From assembly GCA_900319575.1 (NCBI GenBank), contig ONPA01000192.1:9539-73538 (forward strand): 64,000 nucleotides of DNA. The letters are read 5' to 3'. This document shows positions 39,376 to 49,129 of this stretch, piece after piece. The DNA comes from an uncultured Desulfovibrio sp. GTDB taxonomy: Bacteria; Desulfobacterota; Desulfovibrionia; Desulfovibrionales; Desulfovibrionaceae. The notes below the pieces were generated by a model. That model ran no database searches. It saw only the letters and a program-made list of their open reading frames with translations, and was not told where the DNA came from. Numbering within the stretch: the stretch's first letter is position 1; each line of letters starts with the position of its first letter. Both the position numbers and the translations under genes were made by a program.

Positions 39376-39766
39376 AGTTCTGCCCTCCTGAAATTCAGCA
39401 TAATATAATAGAATAGATCAGGACGTCCGATGTCTCAAGAGAGAAGCCAGACTCCGTCCGTAACAGGAATGAGACCGGCTGCCCAGAAGAACCGCGGGCG
39501 GAGCCCGGGCATGCGGCCTTGCATAATCCGTAAAAATACGTACTCTCCCCCACAGAGACGCACAGGCCGCCGTGCAGGCCCTTTCTGCGCGCGGGGAATT
39601 TTCTCACGGATGCCCTGCCGCTGCGGAGCGGACCTTCCCACGCTGAGCAGTTGACCGCTACAGCTGCCGTCGTCTCCTCCTCCAGTCAGGAGCGGGGGTA
39701 TCCCCCGGCGTGACTGCAATTTTATCTCGCGCCTGGTGCGAACCGGTGCGCCATGGGAATTTACAT

Positions 39767-42322
39767 ATGGCAGAAAACGATCAGGAAAATCCTGAAACGG
39801 TTTCCGAAACCGTGCAGGAAGGCGCTGCCAAAACAGAAAAGCGCCGCAGAAACAACGTAACCCGCAGCAAAAAAAACACAGAAAGCACAGACGAAGCGCC
39901 GCAGGCCGGAGAGGAGCGTCAGGAACAGAAGCCGAAACGCCGCAGACAGCCCCGCAGAAGCAGCCTCCTTGACGCGGGGGAAGAGCAGGCTCCGGCCCAG
40001 CTCGGCGCGGCTCAGAAAGCCAGAAAGCCAGCGGGGAGAAAAAACACATCACGTACCAAGGGCACGGCAGCCCAGGGCAAAGCCCTGGTCAAGCCGCGCC
40101 GCACATCCCGTCCCAGTCCAGCTGTCTCCGCGGCAGTCAAAGCCGCGGAAGCGCATTCCCAGGAAACACCCCAGGGGGAAGAGGAGGCACAGGCTCCGGT
40201 TCTCTCCGCAGTAACGGCCGAAACTGCGGCCGCCTATCTGTCCGAACCGGCTGCCGTGACCGCACAGGAATCGCCATCCCCTCTGGAGGACGCTGGCAGA
40301 GCCGAAACAGGCCCGGCCGGGGGTATGGAAGAGGACGCGCACACTGCCCCCGACGCCCCGGCCTTTCCCGGGACTGATGAGGGACCCCGTGATGTTCCGG
40401 ACTGGGACTCCGGCTGGACGGACAGCGAAACCGTCTCCGGACAGGACGCCGGCTCTTCCGCAGGCGGAGAGGATTTTTCTGCGGAGGAAGACGCATCCGG
40501 CAGCGCAGCCTCTGACGGGGAAAGCGCGGACTGGCGGGAATGGTCCGGCTGGAACGATGATGACGAGCGCTATGACGCTGACTCCCTCGATGCAGACACT
40601 TCCCTGCAGGGAAATGACGGAGCCCCTGCCCAGGAAAATCAGGAAGAAGACGAAAACGCCGCATCCGCCGGCACCGCGTCATCTGACGATGAGACCGAAT
40701 CCGAACAGGACGGCGGTGACAGAAAGAAGCGCAGGCGCGGACGCCGGGGCGGCCGCGGACACGGGCGCAAAAGCAGCGAAGGCCGCGCAGCCCAGGAAAA
40801 CGAGGAAAACCAGACTCCGAAGCATGTCAGGACCGAGCCGGTCAGCCAGACGGCTCCCCAGCAGCAGCGCCGTCCCGCCGGCAGACGCTGCATGTATATC
40901 AGCATCCTCCCCGGTGAACAGGTGGAAGTCGCCCTCACCAATAACGGCGTGCTCGAAGAATATTATCTCGACATGCTCCACCAGAAAAAAATCAAGGGCA
41001 ACATCTACAGGGGCGTCATTCACAACATCGATACTAATCTGCAGGCCGCTTTCATCGACTTCGGCGAGGAAAAAAACGGATTCCTGCAGATCGATGAAAT
41101 CCACCCCGAGTATTATTCCGGACACTTCGAGCCCGCGCGCGGCAAAAAATTCCCGCCCATTCAGAAAGTTCTGCACATCGGACAGGAAGTGCTTGTGCAG
41201 GTGGTCAAGGAACCAAACGGCTCGAAGGGTGCCTTCCTCACCACGTGGATTTCCCTCGCCGGGCGGTTCCTGGTGCTCACCCCCGGACAGGAGCAGATTG
41301 GCATTTCACGGAAGGTCAGCGACGAAGAGGAACGTTCCCGCCTGCGCGAGCTCATGCACGGCATCGATCCCGGTGATGACCTCGGTGTCATTGTCCGCAC
41401 GGTAAGCGCCGGCGTGACTCAGGCCACGCTCAAGAATGACCTCGTCTATCTGAAGCGCACTTGGGCTGAAGTCCGCAAAAAAGCCACTGAGGTGAAGGCC
41501 CCGGCCTGCGTGTACAGGGAGCCCGGCCTCCCCGAGCGCGCCATCCGCGACTACCTCACGGACGACGTGACGGAAGTATGGGTGGACGACGCCGATATGG
41601 CCGAACGCATCCGGAACACTGTCGCCCTGCTCTTCCCCAACAAGAAGGAGCTCGTGCGCCTGCACAATGATACCCGCCGTTCCATGTGGGAGCGCTTCAA
41701 CCTTCGCCGCCAGCTCGACCAGATTTACAGCCGCGAAGTGCTCATGCCCTCGGGCGGCCGCCTGTGCTTCGACCAGACGGAAGCGCTTATGGCCATCGAT
41801 ATCAACTCCGGCAAGATCTCCGGCAAAGGCAATTTCGAGGCCATGGCCTTCAAGACAAACATGGAAGCCGCGGAGACCATCGCCCGCCAGCTCAAGCTCC
41901 GCGACATAGGCGGCCAGGTGGTCATCGACTTCATCGAGATGAAGGAGCACAAGCACGTGGCCGAGGTGGAGCGCACGCTCCGCAACGCCATGAAATACGA
42001 CAGGGCACGTCACGACGTTGCGCACATGAGCTCCTTCGGCCTGCTCGAGCTCGTGCGCCAGCGCACGGGCAACTCGGCTATTTCCATTTCCATGGAACCC
42101 TGCCCCGCCTGCGGAGGCACAGGCCTGCGCCGTAATCTGGAGTGGCAGTCCCTGCAGGCTCTCAGGGATATCGCCCGCGCCCTGCGCTCGCGTTCTTCCT
42201 CGCCCTGCCAGTACGAACTGCCCCAGGAACTCGGCCTGTACCTGCTCAACCATAAGCGGGACGCGCTCAAAGAGCTCGAGCAGCGCTTTCACAAAAACAT
42301 CGAAATCACCATCAAGCCGTAA
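39767..42322 (+). CDS. rne: Ribonuclease E/G with long disordered N-terminal extension
   Basis: GNIYRG S1 domain, QAAFIDFG, VQVVKEP, IDINSG, LRDIGGQVVIDFI, CPACGG Zn-link; start ATG 39767. Confidence 0.92.
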   Translation: MAENDQENPETVSETVQEGAAKTEKRRRNNVTRSKKNTESTDEAPQAGEERQEQKPKRRRQPRRSSLLDAGEEQAPAQLGAAQKARKPAGRKNTSRTKGTAAQGKALVKPRRTSRPSPAVSAAVKAAEAHSQETPQGEEEAQAPVLSAVTAETAAAYLSEPAAVTAQESPSPLEDAGRAETGPAGGMEEDAHTAPDAPAFPGTDEGPRDVPDWDSGWTDSETVSGQDAGSSAGGEDFSAEEDASGSAASDGESADWREWSGWNDDDERYDADSLDADTSLQGNDGAPAQENQEEDENAASAGTASSDDETESEQDGGDRKKRRRGRRGGRGHGRKSSEGRAAQENEENQTPKHVRTEPVSQTAPQQQRRPAGRRCMYISILPGEQVEVALTNNGVLEEYYLDMLHQKKIKGNIYRGVIHNIDTNLQAAFIDFGEEKNGFLQIDEIHPEYYSGHFEPARGKKFPPIQKVLHIGQEVLVQVVKEPNGSKGAFLTTWISLAGRFLVLTPGQEQIGISRKVSDEEERSRLRELMHGIDPGDDLGVIVRTVSAGVTQATLKNDLVYLKRTWAEVRKKATEVKAPACVYREPGLPERAIRDYLTDDVTEVWVDDADMAERIRNTVALLFPNKKELVRLHNDTRRSMWERFNLRRQLDQIYSREVLMPSGGRLCFDQTEALMAIDINSGKISGKGNFEAMAFKTNMEAAETIARQLKLRDIGGQVVIDFIEMKEHKHVAEVERTLRNAMKYDRARHDVAHMSSFGLLELVRQRTGNSAISISMEPCPACGGTGLRRNLEWQSLQALRDIARALRSRSSSPCQYELPQELGLYLLNHKRDALKELEQRFHKNIEITIKP

Positions 42323-42324
42323 TC

Positions 42325-42975
42325 ATGACCGAACCGACAGAACAGCAGCCGCTTCCTCCGGGCCCCCGGGCGCCCGAAGGAAACCGGCTCCTCATGCATA
42401 TCTGCTGCGGCCCCTGCGCCTGCATCTGCATCAGGACGCTTCTGGCCGAGGGCTGGAACATAACGGGGTACTTCATGAATCCCAACATCCAGCCCCTGGC
42501 GGAGTATCTCCGCCGCCACGAAGCCGCTGAACAGACCTGCGCGTATTTCGGAATTCCCATTCTCTTCGACGACGCCGCATGGAACATCACGGACTGGCTC
42601 AGAGCCGTTCAGAACCGCGACACCCCGCCGGAGCGTTGCACCTACTGCGTGACAAGCCGTATGGAGGCCACGTTCACAAAGGCGAAGGAAATGGGTTTCA
42701 CCCATTTCTTCTCCTCCCTGCTGTACTCAAAGTATCAGCCGCATGAAGCCATCAGAAAAGCCGGAGAACGTCTCTCCGGACAGGACGGCGGACCGATCTT
42801 CATGTACCGCGACTTCCGTCCTTACTGGCAGGCCGGCATTGACCTCTCCATAAGTATGGGAATTTACCGCCAGCCGTACTGCGGCTGTGTGTACAGCGAA
42901 ACGGATCGCTATCATAAAAAGCTGGACCGTCTCGTGAAGGCGCAGCGGCAGGCCGAAGAAGCCCGCAGGCAGTAA
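42325..42975 (+). CDS. queH: Epoxyqueuosine reductase QueH
   Basis: LMHICCGPC, NPNIQP..EY..R, RCTYC...RM, YRQPYCGCVYS. Confidence 0.92.
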   Translation: MTEPTEQQPLPPGPRAPEGNRLLMHICCGPCACICIRTLLAEGWNITGYFMNPNIQPLAEYLRRHEAAEQTCAYFGIPILFDDAAWNITDWLRAVQNRDTPPERCTYCVTSRMEATFTKAKEMGFTHFFSSLLYSKYQPHEAIRKAGERLSGQDGGPIFMYRDFRPYWQAGIDLSISMGIYRQPYCGCVYSETDRYHKKLDRLVKAQRQAEEARRQ

Positions 42976-42990
42976 CCAGTTATAATCTCA

Positions 42991-43032
42991 AAACGCAGAA
43001 AGCCGTCCGATACAGGGCGGCTTTCTGCGTTT
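42991..43032 (+). terminator. Intrinsic terminator after queH
   Basis: AAACGCAGAAAGCCGTCC/GGGCGGCTTTCTGCGTTT hairpin. Confidence 0.8.
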
Positions 43033-43090
43033 CCAGGCTTCTCCCTCCACAAAAGCAGAGTGATTCCAGGAGAACGGGAGGCATCCAGGT

Positions 43091-43165
43091 GTAATTATTA
43101 TATATTCTTATATTTAAATATGCTTATATCTATATATAAAGATAATAATATATTTTTATATATAC
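43091..43165. other. Extremely AT-rich patch with inverted repeat
   Basis: About 75 nt that are almost only A/T; TATATATAAA...TTTATATATA. Confidence 0.7.
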
Positions 43166-43816
43166 CCTAATGCCCTGCTCTGGAGCCCGGGACAGACTTT
43201 TCTGACGGGTCTGAGGGGGACCGGCAGATCCACGAAATGATTCTCTTGAACGCGCACGGGAAATTGCCGCCGCAGCAGGCAGGGAGGGCTGATGCGTCCC
43301 TGGCAGAGATGTCAGTTCAACTTCACCTGGCACACTACCGGAAAGGCACCCCCGAAGTACCAGCCCGGCCGGAACAGGGATGTCCATCTGCGGAACGATC
43401 GACGAATCAGTCGGGAGGAGCCCTTATCAGTCTTCAGACTTTCAAGGAGTTTATGTCACACGTCCCCATCCGAAAGGCAGTTTACGCACTAATCCGGACT
43501 TCACTTTTCCCCGTCCACGCAGGCATCGCCTTCCCCGAGACCGATCTGCATCCGGAGCCGGGGAGGCGTTTCCGGACTATTCGTCTCCGTCAGACTGCTC
43601 TGCCGGATCTCCAGGCGAAAGGGGGAACAGAACTTCTGCAGCGTGCGCAGGTCCGGCGGTTCCACTCCGGCAGCGTTCTTCACAAACGGTACATGGCCGG
43701 ACAGCTGCCCCGCAGTCATAAAACAGTTTTTCTGATATCCTTCTGAGCCTGTTTTATAAAAAAAAGCGGTCTCTGCAGTACGTTAGTACTTACAAAGACC
43801 GCCTACTCTTTTCTGC

Positions 43817-43892
43817 TGGCTCCCCAAGACGGACTTGAACCGCCAACCTAGTGATTAACAGTCACCCGCTCTGCCGATTGAGCTATTGGGGA
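43817..43892 (-). tRNA. tRNA-Asn (GTT)
   Basis: Reverse complement TCCCCAATAGCTCAATCGGCAGAGCGGGTGACTGTTAATCAC...GGTTCAAGTCC...TTGGGGAGCCA. Confidence 0.96.
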
Positions 43893-44126
43893 ACGCTTTG
43901 AATAGACGCACTTCTACGCCTAACTGACATTTTCGTCAAGCAGAAAAAAATATCCCTGCAAATTTGTCTGCCCGGCTGGCTGCGGAGGCTGGGGCTGACA
44001 CCTGATGAGCAGATCAGCCAGGGAAGAGGCTCCTCCTTGTAAATTGGCATGCGTTGGTCTATTGAATGGCATACTTTCCGGTGCGCTTCCGGGCGCAAAT
44101 CATTCCTGAAAATAGGGGCTTCCTCC

Positions 44127-44627
44127 TTGAAAAAAATACTCCTCATTCTTTTGGCTCTTCTCAGCCTCTCACTCCCCGCCTGGGCCGAGCAGACGGCGCA
44201 GAAGACCATATCGACAAGTCTGTACAGCATCGACCTGCCCGAAAACTGGCAGGTCATTGAGCAGACCGAGCCTGCAGGGCTGAATATTATCGTCTTCACG
44301 TCAAAAGCCCACGATGCTGTCGTCACCCTTGTCCAGGGTTCCGCCGGTGACTCCGACCTGAACACCATAGCTGAGAGCTTCGCTGAACAGTACAAGGCAC
44401 ACGAAAAGCCCGTGTACAAGGATGATGTCGCGTACTTCAACTACACAACCTACGAAGGCGATGACGGATCTGCGAGAATCATGGTGCAGGACGGACAGTT
44501 CATCGTGGCAACCATGAGCGGCGATCTGCACAGGAGCCGTGTCTTCCTTTCAAAATTCTCAAGCGAAAAGTTCGATGGCCTGTTTTCCTCGGATGAAACG
44601 ACAAAAAAACGGCGCGGCTCAAAGTAA
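44127..44627 (+). CDS. Exported hypothetical protein
   Basis: TTG start gives signal peptide (M)KKILLILLALLSLSLPAWA; YSIDLPENW motif is reminiscent of PsbP/Mog1-like folds. Confidence 0.7.
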   Translation: MKKILLILLALLSLSLPAWAEQTAQKTISTSLYSIDLPENWQVIEQTEPAGLNIIVFTSKAHDAVVTLVQGSAGDSDLNTIAESFAEQYKAHEKPVYKDDVAYFNYTTYEGDDGSARIMVQDGQFIVATMSGDLHRSRVFLSKFSSEKFDGLFSSDETTKKRRGSK

Positions 44628-44688
44628 AAATCTCATGCCGTCATCCGGCAGCATCTTCCAACCTTCATAAATATCACGGACGTGCAGA

Positions 44689-45375
44689 ATGTGGCGCAGT
44701 GAAATCGTTAAGACCCTCTTCATGGATATCATGCCCCTCAAACGCAGGGGGCTCACTTTTACCTGGAAATCCCTGGACGAACTGCGGGCCAGGCTGGTGG
44801 GCGCCACCGTATACGTCTGCGGGCCAGAACAGACGGATATAACGACAACTTCCAGCGATGGCAGCGTGCATCACCCCTCTCTGTTCAATGAAAACGGCGA
44901 GATCATCCCTCTTCCCCAGGCCGAAATGCTCATTGAATACACGCATGAGGACGGGAGCCGGCGCGCAGCCCTTTTCACAGACAGAGGGCAGCAGGGAACG
45001 CGCATCTACATTTTCCGCTTCAATGAGGCCCGCGGGCGCTGGATGTGGCCTTTCATAGGCATGAACTACGGCCCCACTTTCAATGAGAACGGCACCATCG
45101 CGGTCTATGAGCCCACCGTTCTCTCCAAAACTCCGTCCACGACGAAATCTGCCATGGTGAAAGAGCACGCCAGGGACACGGGGCCGGCCATCGCTTTTCT
45201 GGAACTCATCAGGCAGGGGAAAATTGCCTCTGAAAACGCTCCAGGCAGAAACGCCGCTGAAATAGAAGCCGGAAAATCCGGCCGCGTTTCCTCACCCGTT
45301 CCCCCGACCATGGCCAGGGCTTCAAGAACGCACCACGAAAACGCTCCCACGGGCAAGGGCTCGCACAGCGCATGA
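44689..45375 (+). CDS. Hypothetical protein
   Basis: 228-aa ORF filling the gap between co-oriented genes; no motif recognised; start uncertain. Confidence 0.55.
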   Translation: MWRSEIVKTLFMDIMPLKRRGLTFTWKSLDELRARLVGATVYVCGPEQTDITTTSSDGSVHHPSLFNENGEIIPLPQAEMLIEYTHEDGSRRAALFTDRGQQGTRIYIFRFNEARGRWMWPFIGMNYGPTFNENGTIAVYEPTVLSKTPSTTKSAMVKEHARDTGPAIAFLELIRQGKIASENAPGRNAAEIEAGKSGRVSSPVPPTMARASRTHHENAPTGKGSHSA

Positions 45376-45422
45376 TTCCGGTGCGCGCCGTCAGCTGTTC
45401 TATTTCAAAAGGAGAAAACATC

Positions 45423-45836
45423 ATGGGTGAATGCATTTTCTGCCTTATCGCACAGGGCAAAATTCCGTCTTCCAAAATTTACGAAACCGACAGCCTGTAC
45501 GCGTTTCTCGACCTGAACCCCGTCCATAAGGGGCACACGCTGATCATCCCCAAAAAGCACGCCGGAAATATTTTTGATCTGGATCCCGCGCTGGGCGGCG
45601 AGCTCGTTTCCTTCATGAAAAAAGTCGGCCGTGCTGTCATGGAAACCACCGGAGCCACAGGACTCAACATTTACCAGAACAACGGACGCTCAGCAGGTCA
45701 GGAAGTTGATCACCTGCACTGGCATCTTATTCCCCGCTTTGACGGCGACGGACTCAAACTGTGGCCTCAGGGCAAGTACGATTCCATGGAGGAAATGAAC
45801 GGCCTTGCGGAAAAAATACGTGCCAGGCTCAGCTGA
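45423..45836 (+). CDS. HIT family nucleotide hydrolase
   Basis: CIFC, GHTLIIPKKH, GQEVDHLHWHLIPR; AAGGAG upstream of ATG 45423. Confidence 0.93.
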   Translation: MGECIFCLIAQGKIPSSKIYETDSLYAFLDLNPVHKGHTLIIPKKHAGNIFDLDPALGGELVSFMKKVGRAVMETTGATGLNIYQNNGRSAGQEVDHLHWHLIPRFDGDGLKLWPQGKYDSMEEMNGLAEKIRARLS

Positions 45837-45968
45837 ACAACTTTCCCCTCTCATCCGGCAGACACTCTGTTAATCCACCTGAAAACAGAAACTTTATTGA
45901 CTTTCCCCTTATTCTGTTTTTTAGTTTGAGAACATCAGTGTGGAGTCATCTGCGAAGCTGTCGGATAC

Positions 45969-46122
45969 GAACCTGCTTTCTCCTGTTCCATTCCGTTGAA
46001 ACCGCCGCCGCCATTGACGGTGGTGCAGCCCCTGAGGGCTGCTTGGGACAGAGAGACCGCAGGTTCTTTTTTATCCTGAACGGCCTGAGGCTCCGCGCCG
46101 GTCATCTGTTTCACTTTCAGGA
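45969..46122 (+). promoter_or_regulatory. Structured 5' leader of the TRAP operon
   Basis: Nested helices GAACCTGC/GCAGGTTC and CTGTTCCA/TGGGACAG, inner hairpins, a U6 tract, then TCCTGAA/TTCAGGA over the SD. Confidence 0.5.
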
Positions 46123-46134
46123 GGAGAGGATTCC

Positions 46135-47223
46135 ATGAACAGGCTGTTCACCAGAGTGTGTAAAGCTTTTGCTGTTCTGTTCTGTGCCGCGTCCATCGCG
46201 ACGCCGTCCATGGCAGCCGAGTACAAGCAGGAGTACAAACTGAGCGTCGTCCCCGGTCCCACTTCCGGCTGGGCCCAGGGTGCCTTCTACTTTGCCGACC
46301 TGGTCCGCGAACGTACCAACGGCCGCGTCAACATCAAAGTCTACCCCGCCGGCCAGCTCTTTGCCGGCAAGCAGACCAATGAATTCATGATGCTCCGTCA
46401 GGGAGCCATCGACTTCGCTTTCGGTTCCACCATCAACTGGTCTCCCCAGATCAAGGAACTCAACCTTCCCTGCCTGCCCTTCTTTATTGGCGTGCAGCCC
46501 CAGCCCTACAAGGCTATGGACGCCATCCTCGCAGGCAAGGCCGGCAAAATGATGATCGATGCCGTTGAAAAGAAGGGCGTCCACGTCATCGGCTGGGCTG
46601 AAAACGGCTTCCGTGAACTGACCACCAACAAGGGCCCCATCACCAAGCCCGAAGACCTCAAGGGCATGAAGATCCGCGTTGTCGGCAGCCCGCTTTTCAT
46701 TGAAACCTTCCGCGCTCTTGGCGCCAACCCGGTCAATATGAACTGGGCCGAATCCATCACCGGATTCCAGCAGGGCATCGTCGACGGTCAGGAAAATCCG
46801 ACCAACGGCATCATCATCCCCTCCAAGCTGTGGCAGTATCACAAGTACATGTGCGACTGGCATTACCTCATCGACCCGCTTCTGAACAGCGTGAATCCCG
46901 GCGTCTGGAAGCAGTTCTCCGCTGAGGACCAGAAGATCATCACCGAGTGCGCTGCCCTCAGCGAAAAGTACAGCAAGGCTCTTTCCCGCATCGGCCTCGA
47001 TGACGGCACAGCTCTGAAGTACCTCCAGAGCCTCAACAAGGCTCCGCAGGAAACCGATCCCATGGCTATCATGAAGAAGAACGGCATGACCGTTGTCGAG
47101 CTTACTGCTGAGCAGAAGAAGGCCTTCGTCGACGCCACCAAGAGCGTCCGTGACAACTGGACCAAGAAAATTGGTCCTGCTCTCGTGAAGGCCGCTGAAG
47201 AGGATATGGCCTCCGTCAAGTAG
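46135..47223 (+). CDS. dctP: TRAP transporter substrate-binding protein
   Basis: Signal peptide, ENGFR, DLKGMKIRV, QQGIVDGQENP. Confidence 0.93.
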   Translation: MNRLFTRVCKAFAVLFCAASIATPSMAAEYKQEYKLSVVPGPTSGWAQGAFYFADLVRERTNGRVNIKVYPAGQLFAGKQTNEFMMLRQGAIDFAFGSTINWSPQIKELNLPCLPFFIGVQPQPYKAMDAILAGKAGKMMIDAVEKKGVHVIGWAENGFRELTTNKGPITKPEDLKGMKIRVVGSPLFIETFRALGANPVNMNWAESITGFQQGIVDGQENPTNGIIIPSKLWQYHKYMCDWHYLIDPLLNSVNPGVWKQFSAEDQKIITECAALSEKYSKALSRIGLDDGTALKYLQSLNKAPQETDPMAIMKKNGMTVVELTAEQKKAFVDATKSVRDNWTKKIGPALVKAAEEDMASVK

Positions 47224-47290
47224 TTTTTTTGTTTTTCCGGGCCGGCTGTGCACGCATAGCCGGCCCGGTTTCTTTAAGGAATATAATCCC

Positions 47291-47761
47291 ATGTGGTCCT
47301 TTCTCGACAAGCGGTTCGAAGACATTCTCGGATCGATAATGCTGGCTGTGATGGTGACAATCACGTTCCTCAACGTCATCGTCAGATACTGCACAAATTT
47401 CTCATTCGCCTGGACAGAAGAAATCACCATCAACTTTTTTGTCTGGGTTGTTCTGCTAGGTACCGCCCGGGCCTTCCGCGAGGGCAGCAACCTCTGCATG
47501 AACCTGCTTTATGATGCTTGTCCCAGGACCACCCGACTATTTCTCTACATCGTATGCGTCATCCTCTGCGTACTGTTCTTCTCCGCTCTCTGCTGGACGG
47601 GAACTCTGGAAGTTTTCGATGAAATCGAACTCGAATCAACATCAGAGTCTCTGGAAGTTCCGGTCTGGCTTTATACCATGTGCACGCCCCTGCTCTCACT
47701 GCTGGTCATCTTCCGCATTCTGCAGCGCGCCACACACTCTCTCCGTACGGGCAAATACTAA
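47291..47761 (+). CDS. dctQ: TRAP small permease
   Basis: NVIVRY...WTEE motif, 4 TM helices. Confidence 0.9.
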   Translation: MWSFLDKRFEDILGSIMLAVMVTITFLNVIVRYCTNFSFAWTEEITINFFVWVVLLGTARAFREGSNLCMNLLYDACPRTTRLFLYIVCVILCVLFFSALCWTGTLEVFDEIELESTSESLEVPVWLYTMCTPLLSLLVIFRILQRATHSLRTGKY

Positions 47762-47770
47762 GGGACAGTC

Positions 47771-49066
47771 ATGAACAGCGCAGTTTTCTCAGATCCGGCA
47801 TTCTGGTTGCTGGTCATTTTCGTCATTCCGCTCATCATCCGTGTGCCCATCGCCGTCGCACTTGGTTTCTCCGCCCTTGTTATCGTCTGGGGCTGGGACA
47901 TGGGCATTGGCATGATTTCCTATAACTTCTTCGCGGGCGTTGCCAAATTTCCGCTCCTGGCCATCCCCTTCTTCATTCTGGCCGGCTACATTATGGAACG
48001 TGCGGGCATAGCAGCGCGCATCATCGAGCTGATGGAAGCCCTCGTCGGTGACAAAACCGGCGGACTGGCTGTGGCCTCCGTCGCCGTGTGCACGTTCTGG
48101 GGCGCTGTCAGCGGTTCCGGTCCGGCCACAGTGGCGGCCCTCGGCCTGGTGCTCATTCCCGGCATGGTCAAAGCCGGCTATGACAAAGCCTTCGCCTCAT
48201 CGGCCGTCGCCGTCACCTCGGGTATCGCCATCGTCATCCCTCCGAGCATCGCCTTTATTGTGTACGGCGGCATCACAGATGTCTCTGTTCCGGCCCTGTT
48301 TGCAGGCGGCTTCATCCCCGGCCTGGTCGTCGCCTGCTTTATTCTCGCCGCTGTCGTGATCATTTCCAAAAAACGCGGCTACCACGGCGTCAGGCGCACT
48401 AAGCCCATGCTCCAGATCCTGAAAGAATCGTTCTGGGGAGCCATGACGCCTGTTGTCATTCTCGGGGGCATCTACGGCGGCATTTTCACGCCCACAGAGG
48501 CAGCCGCCATTGCTGTTTTCTACGGTCTTTTCGTCGGCATCTTCATTTATAAGACAATCAACAGCGTCAAAATGCTGTTCGAGATTTTTGCGCAGTCCAT
48601 GCGCGCCACGGCTATCGTCATGATCGTGGTCACCTGCGCCGGCCTCTTCAGCTGGGTGGCGTCCACTGTGGGGCTCATCGAAAAGGGATCCTCGCTCTTT
48701 CTCTCCCTTTCCAGCAGTCCCGTTGTCATCATGCTCATGATCAACATCATCCTGCTTTTCGCGGGCATGTTGCTCGACGCCATCTCGATTTACTACGTCT
48801 TCCTGCCTTTCATGCTGCCCATCATCGCCAATTTTGGCTGGGATCCCCTCTGGTTCGGCATAGTGATGACCGTCAACCTCGCCATAGGCCAGGTGACACC
48901 CCCCGTGGCCGTCAACCTCTATGTTGCCGCCCATATCAGCAACCTGACCATGGAAGAAATAAGCAAATCAAGCCTGCCTCTTATCTTCGCGGCGATACTC
49001 GCCCTCGTGGTCATTATCCTCTTCCCAGGCCTGACCACGTTCCTGCCCAATCTGCTGGGACTCTGA
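47771..49066 (+). CDS. dctM: TRAP large permease
   Basis: LLAIPFFILAG, SGSGPAT, IPPSI, FTPTEAA, TPPV. Confidence 0.93.
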   Translation: MNSAVFSDPAFWLLVIFVIPLIIRVPIAVALGFSALVIVWGWDMGIGMISYNFFAGVAKFPLLAIPFFILAGYIMERAGIAARIIELMEALVGDKTGGLAVASVAVCTFWGAVSGSGPATVAALGLVLIPGMVKAGYDKAFASSAVAVTSGIAIVIPPSIAFIVYGGITDVSVPALFAGGFIPGLVVACFILAAVVIISKKRGYHGVRRTKPMLQILKESFWGAMTPVVILGGIYGGIFTPTEAAAIAVFYGLFVGIFIYKTINSVKMLFEIFAQSMRATAIVMIVVTCAGLFSWVASTVGLIEKGSSLFLSLSSSPVVIMLMINIILLFAGMLLDAISIYYVFLPFMLPIIANFGWDPLWFGIVMTVNLAIGQVTPPVAVNLYVAAHISNLTMEEISKSSLPLIFAAILALVVIILFPGLTTFLPNLLGL

Positions 49067-49096
49067 TCAGATTACGGAGACGCATATCTGAATCCC

Positions 49097-49129
49097 GGAG
49101 CCTGCCTGATTTGAAATCAGGCAGGCTCC
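49097..49129 (+). terminator. Near-perfect palindrome after dctM
   Basis: GGAGCCTGCCTGATTT-G-AAATCAGGCAGGCTCC; no U tract. Confidence 0.55.

Noticed and set aside
43091-43120. dif-like site in the AT-rich patch
   Set aside because: Partial XerD-arm similarity is explained by AT richness; XerC arm absent.
43237-43746. 169-aa ORF between queH and tRNA-Asn
   Set aside because: No SD, no motif and atypical composition; not called as a gene.
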